From Pseudobdellovibrionaceae bacterium (GTDB lineage Bacteria > Bdellovibrionota > Bdellovibrionia > Bdellovibrionales > UBA1609): a DNA stretch of 64,000 nt. Shown here one piece after another: positions 56,312 to 64,000 of the stretch (position 1 is its first letter; each line of letters begins with the position of its first letter). The notes beneath the pieces are model-generated. The model was not told the origin of the DNA. It worked only from the letters and a program-made list of their open reading frames with translations, and ran no database searches. A program made the translations under genes and the position numbers. The stretch spans positions 78,282-142,281 of the forward strand of contig JAYVPG010000069.1 of assembly GCA_043757545.1 (NCBI GenBank), in the 5' to 3' direction.

Positions 56312-59300
56312 ATGAGGCGACACCTTCAAGTCCCACCTAATATATTCCGATACAGACCCGTGGATCGTAGACGCATCGTGCTTTTCTCCATTTTATTTTC
56401 ACATTTGTTGGGCATCGCCCAGGCCTCCGCACAATCTTTACCGAACAATTTCACTGTCGAAGGTCGCTTGTATGACAAAGTGACCAGCCTGCCGATCAAT
56501 TCGGCTACCGTGACGTTAAAACTCGAAGTCGTCAACGACTCGAACCCGGCTTGCGTCCTCTACCGCGAGACCACGGCGGTTTTAGATCTTAGCTCCGCGA
56601 GCGCCGCATCTCAGGGAGTTTTCTCGGTACCGCTTGGGAGTGGAACACCGGATCCGGCTCTGCTCCCCACCCCGACTCTTGAAAAAGTTTTTTCAAACGT
56701 TTTGCTCAGCGGACTCGATGCCGTCAGCGCTCCGTGCTCGGTCACTCCTGCGGCCGGCGAGCATCGTCTTGTGCGAATCAACGTGAGCACCGACGGCGGC
56801 GCTACTTGGGATACACTCGCACCCGACACGCGGGTCACACCTGTTCCCTCGGCAATGGTTGCAGACTCTTTGCAAGGTATGGCGCCGACCTCGTTCATTC
56901 AAGTCAACACGACAACCTCGCAAGTCACTCAGCCCAACTTGGATACTATTTTTACTAATGTGAACTTTCCTAAGCTAATCGCACTGCTTGCAGGATCTTC
57001 TGGCTCCTATATGCCCGGAACGCCGACGGCGGCGGTGAGTTTTAATGGACAACAAATTTTGAATGTTGCCGCTCCCACGGCCGGTACGAGTGCAGTCAAT
57101 AGAAACTATGCCGACGCAAATCTCGGTGGAGCTTTACTGGACGTGTCTGGAGTCGCCAGCGGAGTCGGCGGCGGACGAACCTTGACCTGGGACTCAGTCG
57201 CTGCGAAATGGAAGACCTCAAGCTCTGCGTCTGCGGTCAGCAGCATCGCTGGCGGGACAGGATTACTTGGTGGAACGATCACCAGCAACGGAACCATTTC
57301 TGTCGACGTCGGCACGACAGCGGGCAAAATTGTTCAATTGACGGCAGGCGCGCAACTTCCTGCGGTGGACGGATTTCTTCTCACCAACATTACGGGAGCG
57401 GTATCGAGCGTTGCCGGCCGAACGGGCGTCGTCACTCTAAATGCGGCGGACATTGGTGGATTGGGCACCGCTGCGCTGAAAGCCTTTGGTGTGGCCGGAA
57501 ACAATCTTGTCGAGCTCAACGCCAGCGCTCAACTTCCCGCCGTAGACGCGTTTTTGCTTTCGAATGTGAATGCGGTGAAACTGCAGTCGCGAAATGTGGC
57601 CTCGAGTGTACCCGTCGGTGGCGATGTTCTCACTTGGAACGCGGCCAACGTTCGTTGGGAACCATCCGCGACCGTCTACAACGCCATCACTGCATTGACC
57701 GGCGATGTGACCGCTACGGGAAATGGCTCAGTTGCAGCAACAATAACTAATAATTCAATCACCACTGTGAAAATCGCGGATAATTCACTGACGTCCGCAA
57801 AGATCAATAGCTCAGGAAACACAGCGAACCAACTTTTAGTTACGGATGGCATTACTGGCGCGACAGTCACCTATGCCAACTCTTGTGCAGTTGGAGAAGT
57901 TTTGAAATGGACTCTTGGTGGCTGGGTTTGCTCATCTGACCTCACTGGCGGAGCCGGTACCGTGACCTCGGTGGTCGCGGGCAACGGCCTATCGCCGAAG
58001 ACGATCACTGGAACCGGTACCCTCAGTGTCGACGTGGGTGTCAGCGCCAGTAAAATCTTGCAGTTGACCGCAGGCGCGCAGATCCCTGCAGTCGATGGAA
58101 ATTTAGTTTCGAATGTGAATGCGGCGAAGTTACAAGCACGCAATGTCTCCAACGCCGCTCCGGTTGCCGGCAACGTCTTAGGTTGGAACGCGGTGGCTTC
58201 TCATTGGGAACCGATGACTGCCGCGGTTGGAAGTGTTACCTCGCTGGTTGCGGGCAACGGAATTGTGCCGAACACGGTCACTAGCAATGGCACATTGAAT
58301 ATTGATACCGGAACATCCGCTAATAAGATTGTACAGATCACTGGCGGAACGCAGTACCCGGCGGTCGACGGGAATTTGATCTCCAATATTAATGCCGTCA
58401 AAATGCAATCACGAAATATCTCGAATGCCGCCCCCGTCACCGGTCAAGTTTTGGCATGGAACGGCGCTCTGGTTCAATGGGAACCCTTGTCAGTCGGCGG
58501 TACGGGAACAGTTTCTCTGGTGAACGCAGGCGTCGGTCTAGTTGGGGCGACGATCACCGCAAGCGGAACTATCAATGTCGACGTCGGCACGACCGCCAAT
58601 AAGATTATGCAGTTGAACAATGGGGCTCAAATCCCCGCCGTCGACGGAAATCTAGTATCAAACGTGAATGCGGTAAAATTGCAAACCCGCGATGTCTCCA
58701 ACGCGGCACCCAGCGCAGGCAAAGTACTCGGTTGGAACGCTTTGAGCACAATGTGGGAGCCCTTGGCGGCAGCTACGGGTTCAGTGCAGACAGTCATCAG
58801 CGGCTCAGGTTTGGTGCCCAATACATTTACTACCAACGGAACAATCAACGTTGACGTCGGTGTCACCGGTGGAAAAATCGTACAGTTAAACGGCGGCGCA
58901 CAACTCCCCGCCGTTGACGGAAATCTAGTAACAAACGTGAATGCGGTAAAATTGCAAACTCGCGATGTCTCCAACGCCATTCCCGGCGCGGGAAATGTGC
59001 TCGGTTGGAATGTCGTCGCCACGCGCTGGGAGCCTACGACCCTCGCCTTTGGAAGTGTAAGCGCTGTTGTTGCCGGTAGCGGAATTATTCCAAACACGAT
59101 CACCGGCAATGGGACACTGAATGTCGACGTCGGAACGACAGCAAACAAAATTGTGCAGTTCACGGGGGGTGCACAATACCCCGCAGTTGACGGCAATCTC
59201 ATATCGAACGTCAACTCCGCTAAACTCCAAGCTCGTGATGTCCTAAATGCGACTCCGACCAATGCTCAATACTTAGGCTGGAATACAGTTGCAACTCGCT

Positions 59301-62300
59301 GGGAGCCGATGTCAGGGAGCAACGGAAGTGTAACTTCTGTGGTCGCGGGCGCAGGAATCGTTCCCAATACAATTACCGGCAACGGAACCCTCGCCGTCGA
59401 CGTTGGAACAACCTCAGGTAAAGTTCTGCAGTTGACCGGCGGAGCACAAATTCCGGCGGTCGATGGCTTTCTGGTTACAAACGTAAATGCGGTTCAAAAT
59501 GTTTTCTTTGGCACAGGAGTCGTTCCAACGACGATTACCCGAAACGGAACCATCAATGTCGACGTCGGAACGTCCGCGAATAAGATCCTGCAACTCGACT
59601 CAGGAGCGCAAATCCCGGCCGTGGACGGCAATTTAGTTTCGAATGTAAATGCTGTGAAATTACAAACAAGAGAAGTTTACAATACAGCCCCAGGCGCCGG
59701 TCAGTTTTTAGGTTGGAATACGGTCGCAAATCGTTGGGAGCCCATGAACTCTCCCACCTCACAGTGGACGACCGCTGGATCGGACGTCTACTATAGCACA
59801 GGAAACGTCGGGATAGGTACCTCAACGCCAGGTGGCGCTCTGCAAGTGACGATACCAAGCTCTGGGACAACTGGAATTATTGTGAAGGCAGCCGCAGGTC
59901 AGAGCAGCAACATACAAGAGTGGCAAACTTCTGCAGGCGTAGTGGTCAATCGAATTTCATCGACCGGCGCTTTGCAGGCCCTTTCGGGCGCGGCGGCCGC
60001 ACCCAGCATCTCATTCATAAGCGGTCCAACGACCGGGCTATTCTATCCCGGCAGCGCGAACATCGGATTCACTACGGCTGGCACTGAACGCATGCGGGTC
60101 GATCAATTGGGAAATATTGGTATCGGGACATCTACGCCACCTGACAAACTTTCCCTGTATTCGGGTTTGAATAGTCAAATCGCTGCGAGCATTGCCACTT
60201 CGGGCACTGGCGTGGCTCAACAGGCGCTGCTGAATCTAATGACCTATCAGTCTGGAACGACTTCACTAGGAACCAGCAACACCACTCGTGGCTGGCAGTT
60301 TTGGGCCAATGGAAATGCCCACACCGGCGGGGGCAGTCCCGGCGACTTCGGCCTGTCATTTTTTGATGGCGCCAACTACAACGACGTCTTTAAGATCGGT
60401 GGGGGCAATTCAAATAGTAGCGGGGCCGGCGCCATTACCCTTCTGACCGGACCCACGGCCGCAACAGTTGCCCGCATGACCATTGATACAGTTGGAAATG
60501 TCGGCATCGGAACGACAACTCCACAAGCAATTCTAGACGTCAACGGCACTGGCACCGTGCAGAGCGCGATGATCGTTCCGCGTGAAACCACTGCGCTCAG
60601 ACCCTACGGCGTCAACGGGATGATTCGTTACAATAACAACACGAGTAAATTCGAAGCCTACGAGAGCGGTGCGTGGAGGAACATGACGACCAGTGCAAGC
60701 GGTTTCGCCAACGGTGGCAACGCTTTCGGCGCGACCGCATCACTCGGAACCACCGATATCACGAACCTCAACTTTCTGACTTGCAACAACGTGCAGATGA
60801 CTGTCACCTCGCAAGGTAACGTTGGTATCGGAACGACAACTCCAGCGACACTTTTGGCTGTGAGCGGCTCATCAGGACTAAATCCAACGGGACTTGGAGC
60901 ACTACAGACCGTCGCGCAATTTGGCGCCGCCAATGGCAATTCTACAAATGTGGTCGTCGATGCCTACGGAACTGCCAGTGGTCCCGCGCTGAACCTTCGC
61001 AGCAGCGAAGGCACCGCGGCAGCTCCCAGCGCACTGTTTTTTGGCGATGGACTTGGCACGCTCGGATTCAAAGGCTACGGTTCAACGGTATATTCCGGTA
61101 CACGAGCTGGTGTTCGGGCCTTGGCCGCCGAAAACTGGACAGACACAACGGAAGGTACCCACCTTACATTTCTAACCACAACGCTCGGTTCGACAAGTCT
61201 TCTCGAAAGAATGAGAATCGATTCGGCAGGCAATGTCGGCATCGGAACAACAACACCGCGCGGGGCCCTTGATCTCAATGGATCTGGAACCGCGAGCTCA
61301 TCGATGATAGTGCCGCGCGATACTCTCGCCAATCGACCCTCGTCGACCGCCGTCAACGGGATGCTTCGTTACGACAATAACACCGGCAAATTCGAGGCGT
61401 TTGCCGCTGGAGCATGGGGGAATATTGACTTGTCCTCTGGCAGCAGCGGGGCCTTTGTCAATGGTGGAAACGCCTTTGGAGCGACGGCAAACTTAGGCAC
61501 CACGGATATTACAAATCTCAACTTTTTAACATGCAATAACGTGCAGATGACGATTAACTCACAGGGAAATGTCGGTATCGGAACGACACTTCCTGCGAGT
61601 CGATTTGAAGTCGATGAAACACGGAGAGAAACGTCGGGATTTGCCTCTACCCTATATATGAACCAGCTGATCCAAGCCCCGGCTGCAAGCAGTGCAATGT
61701 ACGTAGGTAGTGACAATGTTACGACAACATTTTCCAACGCCTCAAACTACACCGGACCAATTTATGGCGTGCGCGCATACGTTGGCCACACTGGCTCTGG
61801 CACGGTTTCCACTATGAACGGTATAGCGAGCACAGTGAATGCAAGTGGCGCAGGTACAATCTTAGCGGCCTCAGGATTCGATGGAAGCGTCTCCAGCTCG
61901 GCTACGATCGGCAATGCGTACGGTGGAAAATTCAGCGTCGCCGTTACCGCAGGAACGACCAACTCGGCCTATGGTTCCTATTCGGATATCTCGCAAACCG
62001 GTGGCACACTGATAAATGGATATGGTATATATGTGGGGTCTATCACTGCCACAAACAAATGGAGCTTCTACGCCAGCGATGCGACTGCGCCCTCCTATTT
62101 TGCGGGAAGGGTCGGCATCGGGACGACAATCCCAACCGGAGGAACTACACTTGACTTAGCCGGTACTGGCACTCAGTTCAGCTCACTCCTTATCCCGCGC
62201 GACACGACGGCGCTCCGCCCCTACGGCGTAAATGGTATGATCCGTTACAATACCAACACCGGACAGTTTGAGGGCTATGGAAATGGGATTTGGGCTAATG

Positions 62301-63301
62301 TGGTCACGAGCTCAAACGCCATTGTCAACGGAGGCAATGCGTTCGGCGGGCCTACTTTTATCGGCACGACTGATCTTACGAATCTTAATTTCTTAACATG
62401 CAACAATGCGCAAATGACGATCACGTCAAATGGAAAAGTCGGTATCGGGACGACCACTCCGTCAACAAAACTTGACGTCCAAGGCACAATAAAATCCTTC
62501 GCAGTCGACGCCTCCGGCGGTTTGGTATCGAATGTCGCCACGCCGGTTGCTGCAACAGATGCGGCGAACAAGGCTTATGTCGATGCAGTTGCGCCTTCGA
62601 ATAGCAAAATTAGTCTCTTTGAAGACTTCTATTCTACCGGGAGCCTCACCGCCAACTCCTTTGCATTCATAGGTACTGCCGCGTGGACTTCATCAGCTAC
62701 CGGCCCCGCGGCAGCGCCACTCCCCGGCGCTACAAATTTAGGAGTCATGAGAATCACCACCGTTATTACCGTCAGTCAATTGGCGGGGCTCGGCTTCTGC
62801 TCAAACAACGGAACCATCGGCCAATTTTTCGGAAGCGGGAGCTTCTCTGCCAGCGATCCCTGGACCTTTGAAATTCGCATCAATTCCAGTTCATACGCGG
62901 TAACTAATCAAAATATACTCATGGGGCTTTTACCGTCGAACGCGATTTCCTATTCCGCGACAGCAGGCGCTGAAACCAATTCCGGAGTCTATTTTTATAC
63001 AACTTCAGCGTCTTCAACGGTCAGCGCAGTTTCGCGAAGTGGCGCGACTTCGGTTGGCGGAACAACGTGGACGGGAACTACTGGAGGTTGGGATCGATGG
63101 ACAATTACCTATGATGGCGCCGGCACCGCTAAATTTTATCAAAACGGACTTAGTGTCTCGACAGTTAATACAAATATTCCGACCGGCACATCTCTCTGCC
63201 CGTCGATAAGAATTATAAACAATGGTGTAGCTCCGAGCGCACCCCGAACCATTGACGTCGACTACATCTCGTACACACAAACGCTGAGTACTCCACGATA
63301 G
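56312..63301 (+). CDS. giant (2329 aa) modular tail-fibre-like surface protein with a LamG/ConA-like C-terminal tip
   Basis: Signal-like N-terminus. About 91-aa tandem modules. Three VGIGTTTP...NGMIRYN...FE.Y modules. Collar ATDAANKAYVDA. Terminal jelly-roll-like GGWDRWTITYDGAGTAKFYQNGLSV. Confidence 0.85.
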   Translation: MRRHLQVPPNIFRYRPVDRRRIVLFSILFSHLLGIAQASAQSLPNNFTVEGRLYDKVTSLPINSATVTLKLEVVNDSNPACVLYRETTAVLDLSSASAASQGVFSVPLGSGTPDPALLPTPTLEKVFSNVLLSGLDAVSAPCSVTPAAGEHRLVRINVSTDGGATWDTLAPDTRVTPVPSAMVADSLQGMAPTSFIQVNTTTSQVTQPNLDTIFTNVNFPKLIALLAGSSGSYMPGTPTAAVSFNGQQILNVAAPTAGTSAVNRNYADANLGGALLDVSGVASGVGGGRTLTWDSVAAKWKTSSSASAVSSIAGGTGLLGGTITSNGTISVDVGTTAGKIVQLTAGAQLPAVDGFLLTNITGAVSSVAGRTGVVTLNAADIGGLGTAALKAFGVAGNNLVELNASAQLPAVDAFLLSNVNAVKLQSRNVASSVPVGGDVLTWNAANVRWEPSATVYNAITALTGDVTATGNGSVAATITNNSITTVKIADNSLTSAKINSSGNTANQLLVTDGITGATVTYANSCAVGEVLKWTLGGWVCSSDLTGGAGTVTSVVAGNGLSPKTITGTGTLSVDVGVSASKILQLTAGAQIPAVDGNLVSNVNAAKLQARNVSNAAPVAGNVLGWNAVASHWEPMTAAVGSVTSLVAGNGIVPNTVTSNGTLNIDTGTSANKIVQITGGTQYPAVDGNLISNINAVKMQSRNISNAAPVTGQVLAWNGALVQWEPLSVGGTGTVSLVNAGVGLVGATITASGTINVDVGTTANKIMQLNNGAQIPAVDGNLVSNVNAVKLQTRDVSNAAPSAGKVLGWNALSTMWEPLAAATGSVQTVISGSGLVPNTFTTNGTINVDVGVTGGKIVQLNGGAQLPAVDGNLVTNVNAVKLQTRDVSNAIPGAGNVLGWNVVATRWEPTTLAFGSVSAVVAGSGIIPNTITGNGTLNVDVGTTANKIVQFTGGAQYPAVDGNLISNVNSAKLQARDVLNATPTNAQYLGWNTVATRWEPMSGSNGSVTSVVAGAGIVPNTITGNGTLAVDVGTTSGKVLQLTGGAQIPAVDGFLVTNVNAVQNVFFGTGVVPTTITRNGTINVDVGTSANKILQLDSGAQIPAVDGNLVSNVNAVKLQTREVYNTAPGAGQFLGWNTVANRWEPMNSPTSQWTTAGSDVYYSTGNVGIGTSTPGGALQVTIPSSGTTGIIVKAAAGQSSNIQEWQTSAGVVVNRISSTGALQALSGAAAAPSISFISGPTTGLFYPGSANIGFTTAGTERMRVDQLGNIGIGTSTPPDKLSLYSGLNSQIAASIATSGTGVAQQALLNLMTYQSGTTSLGTSNTTRGWQFWANGNAHTGGGSPGDFGLSFFDGANYNDVFKIGGGNSNSSGAGAITLLTGPTAATVARMTIDTVGNVGIGTTTPQAILDVNGTGTVQSAMIVPRETTALRPYGVNGMIRYNNNTSKFEAYESGAWRNMTTSASGFANGGNAFGATASLGTTDITNLNFLTCNNVQMTVTSQGNVGIGTTTPATLLAVSGSSGLNPTGLGALQTVAQFGAANGNSTNVVVDAYGTASGPALNLRSSEGTAAAPSALFFGDGLGTLGFKGYGSTVYSGTRAGVRALAAENWTDTTEGTHLTFLTTTLGSTSLLERMRIDSAGNVGIGTTTPRGALDLNGSGTASSSMIVPRDTLANRPSSTAVNGMLRYDNNTGKFEAFAAGAWGNIDLSSGSSGAFVNGGNAFGATANLGTTDITNLNFLTCNNVQMTINSQGNVGIGTTLPASRFEVDETRRETSGFASTLYMNQLIQAPAASSAMYVGSDNVTTTFSNASNYTGPIYGVRAYVGHTGSGTVSTMNGIASTVNASGAGTILAASGFDGSVSSSATIGNAYGGKFSVAVTAGTTNSAYGSYSDISQTGGTLINGYGIYVGSITATNKWSFYASDATAPSYFAGRVGIGTTIPTGGTTLDLAGTGTQFSSLLIPRDTTALRPYGVNGMIRYNTNTGQFEGYGNGIWANVVTSSNAIVNGGNAFGGPTFIGTTDLTNLNFLTCNNAQMTITSNGKVGIGTTTPSTKLDVQGTIKSFAVDASGGLVSNVATPVAATDAANKAYVDAVAPSNSKISLFEDFYSTGSLTANSFAFIGTAAWTSSATGPAAAPLPGATNLGVMRITTVITVSQLAGLGFCSNNGTIGQFFGSGSFSASDPWTFEIRINSSSYAVTNQNILMGLLPSNAISYSATAGAETNSGVYFYTTSASSTVSAVSRSGATSVGGTTWTGTTGGWDRWTITYDGAGTAKFYQNGLSVSTVNTNIPTGTSLCPSIRIINNGVAPSAPRTIDVDYISYTQTLSTPR
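57956..59746 (+). repeat. tandem array of about 273-276-bp (91-92 aa) coding repeats, roughly 6.5 regular copies
   Basis: The PAVDG motif recurs at aa 592, 683, 775, 866, 957, 1048 and 1102. Two degenerate copies lie upstream (aa 305-450, nt 57224-57660). Confidence 0.85.
60491..62467 (+). repeat. three dispersed copies of a roughly 120-aa module within the fibre gene
   Basis: Modules at nt 60491-60847, 61223-61597 and 62102-62467. They share GNVGIGTTTP, IVPRDT, VNGMIRYN, NGGNAFG, TDITNLNFLTCNN.QMT. They are diverged at synonymous sites. Confidence 0.8.
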
Positions 63302-63314
63302 TCCGACTTTTCTG

Positions 63315-64000
63315 TTAGGTAGTTACGAAGAGCTCGCGCATGCAACGATGATGCGTGCATCTATCCACTGTACAAAACTGAAACTCCTCACGGTCACGCG
63401 GGCCCTCGCCGCGGCATGGAACCTGCGTGCGAAACAATGGATGCGTCTTGCGATCATAAGGATGCCAATCGCCGACACACCCAGGACCAAACACAAAAGT
63501 CGTTTGCAAACCTAAAGCGACGGCGATGTGCGAAGGTCCTGAGTCATTGCCGAGTGCGAAGTTTCCGCGCGAGACATAGCGGATAAACTCACGTAAATTC
63601 CCTTGATCTAGCAACGGCAAATTCAAACGCTTGCAATCCACTCGCAGATCGAGTTCGTGAGAAAGCGCCTCATCGACAATAACGATCGGTTGATATTTCT
63701 TCTCACGCAACATTTTCTCCGCCAAAGGCAGCCACATCTCCTTTGGATACCGCCGTAGGTGGTGGCCCGCACCGGGTAAAAATAAATAGCGTGGAAGAGA
63801 GGCGTCCCCTTTCGCCGCCTGAATACTTTCGACAACCTTCTGCTCTGCCAATTTACTTTCACCTGGAGAAATCCAGATCTTCGTCGGCGCGGGGGCCGCG
63901 GTGATTCCGACAGCCTCTAGCACGCGATGATCGCGCTTGATAGCGTCTTCGAGCTCACCGGGATTCGGAATAGTCACCGAGCCACGTGGAGTTTTGCGCC
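63315..64000 (-). CDS. family 9 glycosyltransferase (LPS heptosyltransferase-like), N-terminus beyond the window
   Basis: GNDSGPSHIAVALGLQTTFVFGP and LFLPGAGHHLRRYPKEMW match GT9 signatures. The frame stays open upstream of the GTG at 63977 to the window edge. Confidence 0.8.
   Translation of the reverse strand, partial: RKTPRGSVTIPNPGELEDAIKRDHRVLEAVGITAAPAPTKIWISPGESKLAEQKVVESIQAAKGDASLPRYLFLPGAGHHLRRYPKEMWLPLAEKMLREKKYQPIVIVDEALSHELDLRVDCKRLNLPLLDQGNLREFIRYVSRGNFALGNDSGPSHIAVALGLQTTFVFGPGCVGDWHPYDRKTHPLFRTQVPCRGEGPRDREEFQFCTVDRCTHHRCMRELFVTT

Noticed and set aside
57106-62571. Many long minus-strand ORFs inside the fibre gene (e.g. 58627-59262, 211 aa; 61369-61737)
   Set aside because: They are antisense to a clearly coding, periodic plus-strand frame. 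They are explained by the stop-poor G/T/A/V/N codon composition of the repeats. They have no independent start context.

Overview
This is a densely packed chromosomal window of about 57 genes with roughly 50% G+C by eye. I had no search tools and computed no statistics.

Gene content suggests a Bdellovibrio-like predatory bacterium (Bdellovibrionota), but this is inference only. The supporting content is a type IVa pilin next to clpS-clpA and dnaJ-dnaK, many secreted proteases, two DUF222-like HNH paralogs and a 2329-aa fibre protein.

Core genes recognised from motifs:
- Chaperones and proteolysis: dnaK, dnaJ, clpS, clpA, and S8, S41, matrixin-like and rhomboid proteases.
- Envelope: pilA, lnt, an Slt-type lytic transglycosylase, GT2 and GT9 glycosyltransferases, and an MBOAT O-acyltransferase.
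- Other: trxA, tRNA-His(GUG), mutS2, putA, a GltB-like FMN protein and a GAF histidine kinase.

Items worth a second look:
1. An A+T-rich two-gene cassette (NTase-like protein plus RHH-tailed protein, 8482-9518). It sits beside a GC-rich multi-hairpin element and tRNA-His, and is a candidate novel toxin-antitoxin or defence module.
2. A 7-kb gene for a modular tail-fibre-like surface protein with a LamG-like tip. It is flanked by a peptidase-MA/OMP-like protein and a lipoprotein.
3. A perfect 13-copy TTGCGGT microsatellite followed by a strongly C-rich, G4-prone tract, in the 630-bp spacer between an HNH gene and the S8 protease gene.
4. Five convergent gene pairs whose stop codons physically overlap.
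5. An MBOAT/SGNH-like/His-rich membrane protein/thioredoxin cluster.
6. A translationally coupled RDD-TPR/rhomboid pair.
7. A 420-aa charged coiled coil fused to an alpha-crystallin domain.

No rRNA genes, CRISPR arrays, transposases, integrases or prophage genes were seen.
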